Part shown: piece by piece, positions 39,170-47,465 of the stretch
Layout: each line of letters opens with the position of its first letter
Numbering within the stretch: position 1 is the stretch's first letter
From: Cyanobacteriota bacterium
GTDB taxonomy: Bacteria; Cyanobacteriota; Cyanobacteriia; PCC-6307; Cyanobiaceae
Length of the DNA stretch: 64,000 bases
NCBI GenBank assembly: GCA_039799245.1
Contig: JBDLTB010000015.1
Coordinates: 9,759 to 73,758, forward strand
Reading direction: 5' to 3'
Position numbers and translations under genes: made by a program
Notes under the pieces: model-generated
The model's input: the letters and a program-made list of their open reading frames with translations, nothing else
Database searches by the model: none
What the model was told of the DNA's origin: nothing

Positions 39170-40699
39170 TCACTGCACCGGCTGGGGCCGGCGCCGGGCC
39201 CCAAAGCGATCCAGCAAGAGCTGTTCCAGCACACCAACCAGCTCCCCCAGGGGTACGGCCTTTTCATGGAGTTGGGCCAGCTGCGGATCTACGCCAAGGG
39301 AACCGCCCAAAAAGATCTTGGCGGCCTCCACCATCTCACCGTTATGGCGGGCCTTGGCCCCCATCAAGCCAATCTCACCCATGTAGGGCTGGCCACAGGC
39401 ATTGGAGCAACCGGTCCAGTGGCTTCGCAAGGGCTTGGGCAGCTCCAGGCGCCGCTCCAACTCATCAATGGCCGCTTGGGCCGTGGTCTTGGTGGGGATC
39501 AAGGCAAAACTGCAATAGCGGCTTCCGGTGCAACTCACCGCCTCCGCCTGCAGGGGCCCAGGGTCAGGACGGAACCGCTGCAGTAGCGGTTCCGCTAACA
39601 ATGCCGGTAGCAGCCCCGTGGGCACATCAGTGATCAGCAGATTTTGGGCCTCCGTTAGCCGCAGCTCCCCCTGGCCATAGGTGCGTGCCAACTGGGCTAA
39701 GGCCAGCATCGACTCCCCATCGAGCCTGCCCATCGGCACATGTAAGCCAACCCAGTGGAGCCCGGGCTGGGCCTGGCCATGAACCCCCAGGCAGGAGCGG
39801 GGCGCCCGATCCACCAGGTGGCTGCCATTGTGGGCCACTACCGCTTCGCCATAACTGGCCAACAGCTGCTCCCGGTAGCCATCGAGCCCCAATTCCTCGA
39901 TTAGGTACATCAAACGGCTCCTGTTGCGCGCCGAACGATTTCCCTTGCGCTCGAAATGAAGTAGCAGGGCCAGGGTAAAACCGGCCAGCTGATCAGGCCT
40001 CAGCCAGATCCCCAAAGGTATCGCCAACTCATTGCGCTGGGCTGAGAAAAAGCCCCCCACCATCACGGTGAAGCCCAGGTTCCCCTCCAATCGGGCAGGC
40101 AAAAAGGCGAGGTCGTTGTGGAGCAAAAAGCTGTCGGGGGCCCCACCCACCGCCACGTTGAACTTGCGGGGCAAGTTGCGGGGACCATCAGGCCCCAACA
40201 ACAGCGCTTGGATAGCCGATGCCAGGGGTCGGGTGTCGATGAACTCCTCGGGATCAATGCCAGCCAGGGGATTGCCGGTGATGTTGCGGGGGTTGTCGTG
40301 ACCCGACTGGCGACTGGTAAGCCCCACCGCCCCCATCAACTTGAGCAGCGGTGCCATGTCTTCGAATAGGAGGCCCCTCAGTTGCAGGTTCTGGCGGGTG
40401 GTGAGGTCAGCACTGCCCTCAGCCCCACAGCGGTCCACCGCCTCGGCCAGCACCGTCAACTGCTCGGCATTAATCACCCCATTGGGCAAGCGCAGCCGCA
40501 GCATGAACCGCCCAGGGCTCACTGGACGAAAGAAAATCCCCAACCACTTGAGCTGAATGGTGAGCTCCGCCTCGCTCAGCTCTCCCCAACCCCGCCGCGC
40601 CAAACTCTCAAGCTCCGGCTCTAAAGCCAACCCACACCGCTCAGCCTTGGCCTGCTCGATCTTGCTCAGGGCGGCGCTCGTCATCGGGGAAGCGATCAA
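39170..40699 (-). CDS. nirA: ferredoxin--nitrite reductase
   Basis: Siroheme/4Fe-4S Cys clusters SCTGSRYCSFA and HWTGCSNACGQPYMGEIGLMG. An alternative start lies at ATG 40684. Confidence 0.93.
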   Translation of the reverse strand: MIASPMTSAALSKIEQAKAERCGLALEPELESLARRGWGELSEAELTIQLKWLGIFFRPVSPGRFMLRLRLPNGVINAEQLTVLAEAVDRCGAEGSADLTTRQNLQLRGLLFEDMAPLLKLMGAVGLTSRQSGHDNPRNITGNPLAGIDPEEFIDTRPLASAIQALLLGPDGPRNLPRKFNVAVGGAPDSFLLHNDLAFLPARLEGNLGFTVMVGGFFSAQRNELAIPLGIWLRPDQLAGFTLALLLHFERKGNRSARNRSRLMYLIEELGLDGYREQLLASYGEAVVAHNGSHLVDRAPRSCLGVHGQAQPGLHWVGLHVPMGRLDGESMLALAQLARTYGQGELRLTEAQNLLITDVPTGLLPALLAEPLLQRFRPDPGPLQAEAVSCTGSRYCSFALIPTKTTAQAAIDELERRLELPKPLRSHWTGCSNACGQPYMGEIGLMGAKARHNGEMVEAAKIFLGGSLGVDPQLAQLHEKAVPLGELVGVLEQLLLDRFGARRRPQPVQ

Positions 40700-40736
40700 C
40701 GGGTCCCACTGTCCCTAGCCAACCCTGGCGACCCCT

Positions 40737-40750
40737 GTGCGATCCGCTAC
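40737..40750 (-). promoter_or_regulatory. candidate NtcA box upstream of nirA (GTA-N8-CAC on the minus strand)
   Basis: gtgcgatccgctac lies in the 70-nt nirA/TrpD2-like divergent spacer. It is one mismatch from GTA-N8-TAC and centred about 44-60 nt upstream of the two possible nirA starts. Confidence 0.35.
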
Positions 40751-40769
40751 CAAAAGTCGAGAAGCTTGA

Positions 40770-41864
40770 ATGGTTCCTTTATTACCTAGCCCCTTGGACC
40801 TGGCCAGCAACCGAGGCTCCCACCTGGCCCCGGCCCAGCAACGGTTCCGAGAACTAATCGCCAAGGTGGGCAGCGGCGAACACACCAGCAGCGGCCTCAG
40901 CCTGGCGGAAGCGCAAGAAGCCATGGACGCCATGCTGCTGGGCCAGGCCTCGGAAGCCCAAATGGGGGCCTTCCTGATCGCCCACCGGATCCGGCGGCCC
41001 GAACCCCAGGAGTTGGCAGGGATGCTCGCCAGCTATCGCAGCCATGGGCCGCTGCTGCATAGCCCGGGCCGGAGGGCCCTTTGTTTTGGGGTGCCCTACG
41101 ACGGCCGAAACCGTACGGCCCCCCTGCTGCCCCTCACGGCCTTGGGCCTGGTGGCAGCCGGTGAAACCGTAGTGCTCGCTGGCGGCAACCCGATGCCAGT
41201 GAAATTCGGCATCACCCTGGCGGAATTAATGGCCAGCATCGGCCTCGACTGGCGCCCCCTTGGGCTGGTCCAACTACAAACGCTGCTTAACCAGGAAGGC
41301 CTAGCGCTCTGCCACCAGCCCCAGCACTTCCCAGCCGCGGAAAGGCTCATACCGGTGCGCGATCAGATCGGCAAACGGCCGCCGGTGGCCAGCCTTGAGC
41401 TGCTGTGGACCCCCCACCAGGGGGAGCACCTGTTGATCAGTGGCTTCGTGCATCCCCCCACGGAGGTGCGCGCCTGGGCCGCCCTAGCCCTGGCTGGGGA
41501 GAACGATCTACTCACGGTGAAGGGCCTGGAGGGCTCCACCGATCTACCCCTAAGCCGGGCCTGCATCAGCGGTCGCGTCCATGGGGGCCAAAGCGAACGG
41601 CTAATCCTCCACCCGCGGGACCATGGTTTTACCGGGGCTGAACCCCCCTGGACCGACCTGGAAGCCTGGAGCAACCAGGCCCTGGCCGCCCTGGGGGGCA
41701 CCGGCCCCCTGGCCCAGGGCCTGCATTGGAACCTGGGTTCGCTGCTCTGGCTTAGCGGCCACCAGAGCAGCATCGAAAAGGGCCTTATTCAAGCCGCTGA
41801 GCTACTGCAAAGCGGAGCGGTGCTTAGCCAACTAGGGAAACTACGAAAGGCACTTGCCCCATGA
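40770..41864 (+). CDS. TrpD2/YbiB-like protein (glycosyl transferase family 3 fold, not a bona fide anthranilate PRTase)
   Basis: RELIAKVGSGEHTSSGLSLAEA and MGAFLIAHRIRRPEPQELAGM resemble E. coli YbiB (IIKEIGRGKNHARDL, LGGVLIALRIKGE). The GTGGD PRPP loop of TrpD is absent. Confidence 0.7.
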   Translation: MVPLLPSPLDLASNRGSHLAPAQQRFRELIAKVGSGEHTSSGLSLAEAQEAMDAMLLGQASEAQMGAFLIAHRIRRPEPQELAGMLASYRSHGPLLHSPGRRALCFGVPYDGRNRTAPLLPLTALGLVAAGETVVLAGGNPMPVKFGITLAELMASIGLDWRPLGLVQLQTLLNQEGLALCHQPQHFPAAERLIPVRDQIGKRPPVASLELLWTPHQGEHLLISGFVHPPTEVRAWAALALAGENDLLTVKGLEGSTDLPLSRACISGRVHGGQSERLILHPRDHGFTGAEPPWTDLEAWSNQALAALGGTGPLAQGLHWNLGSLLWLSGHQSSIEKGLIQAAELLQSGAVLSQLGKLRKALAP

Positions 41865-42370
41865 ATAGCGAAAGCACTGGTCCAGCCAGTTCGTCCCCCC
41901 TTAACCAACGCAGCCACTGCTTTGCATTTGAAGCAGAGTTCAGCAGCAACCTGCGTTGCATACCGATGGCAGTGCGACGCAAGCTTGACCTCTGCGGCCG
42001 CAAGCTGCGGTTGCAACACTGGCTTGAACTGCCAGAGGCCGAACGCACAACTCTGCTGCGCTGGGGTGATGGCCCTGAAGACCTGAGCAAACTGGCGGAA
42101 CGCTTGGGGGCCATCACCACTCCCCTAGCGCCGGCCAGCAACGAAAGTTGGCAACAGCTGGGCACCGTGCCCGCGCCCCTGGGGAAAGCCTGCCGCCAGA
42201 TCAACTGCCACCCCCCCAGCCTCCCCCAATGGCAGCACTTAGAAGAACTGGAACGCTTCGCCCTGGTGAAGCTCTCCCACCCCGGCCATGAACATCGAAA
42301 CCTGCCAGCGGCCTTGGCTGAAATCCTGGGCCGGCTTGATGCGGCCAGGGATCCGCTGGCCGATCGGTAG
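41861..42370 (+). CDS. narM: nitrate reductase-associated protein (NarM-like, TIGR02664-type)
   Basis: FAFEAEFSSNLRCIPMAVRRKLDLCGRKLRLQHWLELPEAER matches my recollection of this cyanobacterial family. ATGA overlap with the upstream gene; sits in the nitrate cluster. Confidence 0.6.
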   Translation: MNSESTGPASSSPLNQRSHCFAFEAEFSSNLRCIPMAVRRKLDLCGRKLRLQHWLELPEAERTTLLRWGDGPEDLSKLAERLGAITTPLAPASNESWQQLGTVPAPLGKACRQINCHPPSLPQWQHLEELERFALVKLSHPGHEHRNLPAALAEILGRLDAARDPLADR

Positions 42371-42493
42371 CAATTCGCACAATGCAACCACCCCCGGCCA
42401 TGGTGATCTACTTAGGCGGTCAGCAGTTGCGCCGCACCCCCTACCCGGCAGCACCTTTCTGACTCCGGGTTCCACTGAAACATTTTTTCTGTC

Positions 42494-43762
42494 ATGGGAC
42501 CACTTACCCGGCGTTTTGTTCTAAGAACGGCTGCCTTGAGCGCTGCCACGGTGCTGCTAGCTCCCTTGGTCGCCCAAGCCGGCCCGGGCAAACCGGAAAC
42601 CACCGACGTGGAGCTGGGCTTCATTGCTCTCACCGACGCTGCCCCCCTGATTATCGCCAAGGAAAAGGGCTTCTTTGACAAGCAGGGCATGCCTGGGGTG
42701 AAGCTAATGAAGCAAACATCTTGGGCAGTAACCCGCGACAACCTGGAACTTGGTGGCGAAAAAGGTGGCATCGATGGTGCCCATATTCTTTCGCCGATGC
42801 CCTATTTGCTAACCACTGGAGCCATCAGCAAAAGCCGTCAGCCCGTACCAATGGTGCTGCTTGCCCGACTGAACACCCAGGGCCAAGCCATTTCCAGCTC
42901 AAAAGAATTCCTGGCCGACAAGTTCAAGGTGAAGTCACCAAACCTTGAATCGGCAATTGAGAAAAAAAACAAAACCAGCGATAAGTTCAAGGCAGCAGTA
43001 ACATTTCCCGGCGGCACCCACGACCTCTGGATGCGCTATTGGATGGCAGCCAATGGCGTTGATCCCAACAAAGATGCCGACCTAGTGGTGATCCCACCTC
43101 CGCAGATGGTGGCGAACATGCAGTCTGGCACCATGGATGTCTTCTGCGTTGGTGAACCCTGGAACGAGCGCCTAGTCAACAAAAAGCTCGGCTATACCGT
43201 TACCCAAACCGGTGAAATCTGGAAAGAACACCCCGAGAAAGCTTTCTCGATGCGGGCCGATTGGGTAAAGAAAAATCCCAACGCCACCCTACGGCTGCTG
43301 ATGGCTGTGCAGCAGGCCCAACAGTGGGCAGACAACCCAGCCAACACAAAAGAACTGGCTGAAATTCTATCCGAAGACAAATATGTGAAGGCCAGCGTAG
43401 ATGACCTGCTGCCCCGCCTGCAAGGGGATGTGGACTATGGCGATGGCCGCAAAGTGAGCAATAGCCCCTACAAAATGCTGTTCTTCAAGAACAATGCCTC
43501 CTTTCCCTACAAAAGCCACGACACCTGGTTTGTCACGGAAGATATTCGCTGGGGCTATCTACCTAAAAGCACAAATATTAAGGCCCTTGTAGACAAGGTT
43601 AATCGCTCAGATCTGTGGCGTGCTGCCGCCAAGGCCAATGGCATCAAAGCAATTCCCGCCACCGATTCCCGCGGGGTAGAGGTCTTCTTTGATGGGGTTA
43701 AATTTGATCCCAAAAACCCCATGGGCTACCTCAACAGCCTAAAGATCAAAGCCGTTAAATAA
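42494..43762 (+). CDS. nrtA: nitrate/nitrite ABC transporter substrate-binding protein
   Basis: Tat-type leader TRRFVLRTAAL and the NrtA/CmpA signature ELGFIALTDAAPLIIAKEKGFF. Context with nrtBCD, narB and nirA. Confidence 0.85.
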   Translation: MGPLTRRFVLRTAALSAATVLLAPLVAQAGPGKPETTDVELGFIALTDAAPLIIAKEKGFFDKQGMPGVKLMKQTSWAVTRDNLELGGEKGGIDGAHILSPMPYLLTTGAISKSRQPVPMVLLARLNTQGQAISSSKEFLADKFKVKSPNLESAIEKKNKTSDKFKAAVTFPGGTHDLWMRYWMAANGVDPNKDADLVVIPPPQMVANMQSGTMDVFCVGEPWNERLVNKKLGYTVTQTGEIWKEHPEKAFSMRADWVKKNPNATLRLLMAVQQAQQWADNPANTKELAEILSEDKYVKASVDDLLPRLQGDVDYGDGRKVSNSPYKMLFFKNNASFPYKSHDTWFVTEDIRWGYLPKSTNIKALVDKVNRSDLWRAAAKANGIKAIPATDSRGVEVFFDGVKFDPKNPMGYLNSLKIKAVK

Positions 43763-43848
43763 TTTAAAAGACTGCGGTGAGGTCCTTAATCCCCGGGGGG
43801 GCCTAGTGCCTCCCCTTGCTTTTCCCATTATCTAAATCCAGCCTCGCC

Positions 43849-44637
43849 ATGACCAACTCCCTGATGCGGCAGATAAAGCCCCCCCTTATCTGCACCGCAG
43901 CAATACTGCTGATTTGGCAACTGCTTTGCAGTGGCACCAACAGTGATTTTCCTGGACCGATCCAGGTGATCACTCAAACCTGGAATCCATACATCGTTAA
44001 ACCCTTCTATGACGACGGCGGCACCGCCAAGGGCCTCGGCTGGCAAATCCTGATCTCATTACAACGGGTCGCAGTGGGTTACAGCCTGGCCGCAGTGGTG
44101 GGCATCTCCTGCGGCCTCGCCCTGGGCCTTAACCGCTTCGTTCGTCGCGGTTTTGACCCAGTGATCCAGGTACTACGCACGGTGCCCCCCCTGGCCTGGC
44201 TGCCCATCTCACTACTGCTATTTCAGCAGGCCGACGCCGCAGCCATTTTTGTGATCTTTATCACAGCCATCTGGCCAATTGTGATAAATACAGCCATGGG
44301 CATCCGCGAAATTCCCCAGGACTATCGCAACGTAGCCCGGGTATTACGGCTGCGGAAGCGCAGCTTTCTTTGGGACATCGTGGTGCCATCAACGGCCCCC
44401 TATGTGTTCACCGGCCTCCGCATTGCCATTGGCTTGGCCTGGTTGGCCATCGTGGCCGCGGAAATGCTCAAAGCCGATGGTGGCATTGGCTTCTTCATCT
44501 GGGATGCCTACAACGCCGGAGGCGACTCCAGCACCAGCCAAATTCTGCTGGCCATCCTCTATGTGGGGGTAGTGGGTTTACTCCTCGACCGACTGGTGGC
44601 CTGGGTTGGTGACCGGGTTAGTGGTCCCCAACGCTAA
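43849..44637 (+). CDS. nrtB: nitrate/nitrite ABC transporter permease
   Basis: NitT/TauT-family permease. ATG 43849 is preferred over TTG 43816. Confidence 0.85.
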   Translation: MTNSLMRQIKPPLICTAAILLIWQLLCSGTNSDFPGPIQVITQTWNPYIVKPFYDDGGTAKGLGWQILISLQRVAVGYSLAAVVGISCGLALGLNRFVRRGFDPVIQVLRTVPPLAWLPISLLLFQQADAAAIFVIFITAIWPIVINTAMGIREIPQDYRNVARVLRLRKRSFLWDIVVPSTAPYVFTGLRIAIGLAWLAIVAAEMLKADGGIGFFIWDAYNAGGDSSTSQILLAILYVGVVGLLLDRLVAWVGDRVSGPQR

Positions 44638-44677
44638 AAGCAAAATTCCCCACCCACGGCACCCCTAAGGCAATTCC

Positions 44678-46663
44678 ATGGCGAGTTTTTTGCAACTGGA
44701 TTCGGTGGAGCAAAACTTCACCCGAGCCGATGGCACGGTGCTTGAGGCGCTGAGTACCATCAATCTTGAAATCAGCAAAGGAGAATTTGTTTCCCTAGTG
44801 GGCCACTCCGGCTGTGGCAAATCAACACTGCTAAATATCCTGGCCGGTCTTAGCCAACCCAGCCGTGGGGGGGTGATCCTTGAGGGTCGCCAGGTCACCG
44901 AACCAGGCCCAGAAAGGATGGTGGTGTTTCAAAACTATTCGCTATTGCCCTGGCGCAGCGTGCGCCAGAACGTCGCCCTGGCCCTGCGGGAAGTTAAACG
45001 CGAGCTAAGTGCATCGGAACGGGCCGAACGCACCGAAGCGGCCTTGGCCATGGTGAATCTCGACAAGGTGGCTGAGCGGATGCCGGGCCAACTGTCTGGG
45101 GGCATGCGCCAACGGGTAGCCATCGCCAGGGCCCTGGCCCTCGAACCCAAGCTGCTGTTACTGGATGAACCCTTCGGCGCCCTCGATGCCCTCACCCGGG
45201 GCCATCTGCAAGAGCAATTAATGCAACTCTGCCAAAAGGCAGGCATCACAACGGTGATGGTCACCCACGACGTTGATGAGGCGTTGCTACTAAGTGATCG
45301 AGTGGTGTTGCTCACCAATGGGCCAAAGGCCCATATCGGCCGCATCGTGGCGGTACCTTTCGAGCGGCCCCGCTGCCGTAAGGCGGTGCTCAAACATCCC
45401 GATTACTACAAACTACGCAACGAATTACTCGAGTTCCTCCACGACCAACGCCGGTTGTCAAACCGAAAACCGGCCCCACCAAAACCGGCAGCGGAGCTGC
45501 CAACCGCCGTAGCCAGCAGCCCAAGCCCCAAGCCCATCCGCCTCGGCTACCTGCCGGGCCTGGATGCCGCCCCCCTACTGGTGGCCCGCCAAAAGCAACT
45601 TTTCGAAAAACAGGGGCTGCGGGTCGAGCTATTGGGCTGCCAGAGCTGGGAGGAAATTGACGACTTATTACGGATAGAAAGACTGGACGGCGCTGCCCTT
45701 AGTGCCGCCCAGCCCCTAACCATGGCCGCCGGTGCCATGGGCAGCATACCGCTACCCATGGTGGTTACCCAAACCCTCAGCCGCAATGGCAACGCCCTAG
45801 TGCTGGGCACCCAGCTCTCGATCAGCTCCAGCGACGGCCTGTTACTCCACCTGCGCCAGGGCCGTCCCCTACGGCTGGGGGTGCCCGATCGGCTCTCCAT
45901 GGCGGAATTATTACTGCGCCATTGGTTGGCCCGCCAAGGGGTGGATCCAGCCCAGGTGAGCTGGCAACGGCGCAGCCCCATGGGTCTGCTTGCCGCCCTG
46001 GAAGGGGGGCTGATTGATGGCTTTGCCGCCGGGAAATTAAGGGCCTGCCTGGCCCAGCATCGACGGAGTGGCCGGGTGGTACTCACGGACGCCGCCATCT
46101 GGCCTAACCATGTCGAGAAGGTGCTTGCCCTACGCGAATCCTGGGTAGATGCCCACAGCAATCAAACCAACAATGATGCCGTTGGCCTCACCGCAGCCGT
46201 GCTTGAGGCCGCCGCCTTTTGTGACCAAAACAGCCATCGCCAGGAACTTCTGGAGGTGTTAACGGAACCCCAAGCCTTCGGCCCCCAGTTGCTCGCCCCG
46301 CTGCAGGAGGGCCTAGGCGAATCAAGCCTGGCCAACGACCTCAACCAGGCCACCAGCCTGCTGCGTTTCAACCGTTTCTTCCTGGGCCAGGCCAGTTACC
46401 CAGACCCCGCTGAGGGCCTATGGGTACTCACCCAGTTAGCCCGCTGGGGCATGGCTGAATGGCCGAGCCATCGCCAAGAGCTGCTTGAACGGGTCTATGG
46501 CCGACGCCTGTTCCTGGAGGCCTGCGGACGTCTGGGCATGATTGACCAAGAACCCACCCAGCGGAGATACCAACTAGCCGAGGGTGAATATTTCGACCTG
46601 GACGAACCCCTGCGCTACGCCAGCAACTTGCCCTTTTCCACCCTCAGCCCTTGCCTGCCATGA
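44678..46663 (+). CDS. nrtC: nitrate/nitrite ABC transporter ATP-binding protein with C-terminal NrtA-like regulatory domain
   Basis: 661 aa: an N-terminal ATPase (GHSGCGKST, LSGGMRQR) plus a C-terminal solute-binding-like domain of about 380 aa, diagnostic of NrtC/CmpC. Confidence 0.85.
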   Translation: MASFLQLDSVEQNFTRADGTVLEALSTINLEISKGEFVSLVGHSGCGKSTLLNILAGLSQPSRGGVILEGRQVTEPGPERMVVFQNYSLLPWRSVRQNVALALREVKRELSASERAERTEAALAMVNLDKVAERMPGQLSGGMRQRVAIARALALEPKLLLLDEPFGALDALTRGHLQEQLMQLCQKAGITTVMVTHDVDEALLLSDRVVLLTNGPKAHIGRIVAVPFERPRCRKAVLKHPDYYKLRNELLEFLHDQRRLSNRKPAPPKPAAELPTAVASSPSPKPIRLGYLPGLDAAPLLVARQKQLFEKQGLRVELLGCQSWEEIDDLLRIERLDGAALSAAQPLTMAAGAMGSIPLPMVVTQTLSRNGNALVLGTQLSISSSDGLLLHLRQGRPLRLGVPDRLSMAELLLRHWLARQGVDPAQVSWQRRSPMGLLAALEGGLIDGFAAGKLRACLAQHRRSGRVVLTDAAIWPNHVEKVLALRESWVDAHSNQTNNDAVGLTAAVLEAAAFCDQNSHRQELLEVLTEPQAFGPQLLAPLQEGLGESSLANDLNQATSLLRFNRFFLGQASYPDPAEGLWVLTQLARWGMAEWPSHRQELLERVYGRRLFLEACGRLGMIDQEPTQRRYQLAEGEYFDLDEPLRYASNLPFSTLSPCLP

Positions 46664-47457
46664 CTATTTCCGAACGCCGCGGCCGCCGGGTCGAATTCAA
46701 TGCTCTTGGCAAAAGCTTTCCCTCTGATTCCGGCAGTGTAGAGGTACTACAAGGGGTGAATCTAAGTGTGGCAGCCGGTGAGTTTGTTTGCGTGATCGGC
46801 CACTCCGGCTGTGGCAAATCCACCCTGCTAAATACCCTTTCGGGCTTTGAAACCCCAAGCAGTGGCAGCGTGCTGGTTGAAGGGGAGCCGGTGGCAGGAC
46901 CCGGCCCAGACCGCATGGTGGTGTTCCAGAACTACGCCCTACTGCCATGGAAAACGGCCCTCGAGAATGTGGTCTTGGGCCTGCGGTCAATCCGCCGGAG
47001 GGAACCGCGGGAGCTATTGGTGGCAGAGGCCAAAGCCATGCTTGAAACCGTTGGCCTAGGTGACGCCCTTGACTGTCACCCGGGCGAATTGTCCGGTGGC
47101 ATGCGCCAGAGGGTCGCGATTGCCAGGGCCATGGCGATGAAGCCACCGGTGTTAATCCTAGACGAACCCTTCGGGGCCCTAGATCCAATCACTAAGGAGG
47201 AATTACAAGAGGAACTGCTTACCCTTTGGCGCCAGCAGCGCTGCACGGTGTTAATGATCACCCACGACATTGATGAGGCCCTATTTCTCTCCGATCGGGT
47301 GGTAATGCTCACCAATGGCCCCTCCGCCAGCATTGGCGAAATCCTTTCAATTCCCTTTAATCGCCCCCGCAACCGCGATTCCCTGCTGCACGACCAGCGT
47401 TACGGAGAACTGCGCAACCGCGCCCTCGAGTTTCTCTACGAACGCCAGGGGGGCTAA
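46651..47457 (+). CDS. nrtD: nitrate/nitrite ABC transporter ATP-binding protein
   Basis: GHSGCGKST and LSGGMRQR. Overlaps nrtC by 13 nt. Confidence 0.85.
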   Translation: MPAMTISERRGRRVEFNALGKSFPSDSGSVEVLQGVNLSVAAGEFVCVIGHSGCGKSTLLNTLSGFETPSSGSVLVEGEPVAGPGPDRMVVFQNYALLPWKTALENVVLGLRSIRRREPRELLVAEAKAMLETVGLGDALDCHPGELSGGMRQRVAIARAMAMKPPVLILDEPFGALDPITKEELQEELLTLWRQQRCTVLMITHDIDEALFLSDRVVMLTNGPSASIGEILSIPFNRPRNRDSLLHDQRYGELRNRALEFLYERQGG

Positions 47458-47465
47458 AAACCCAG

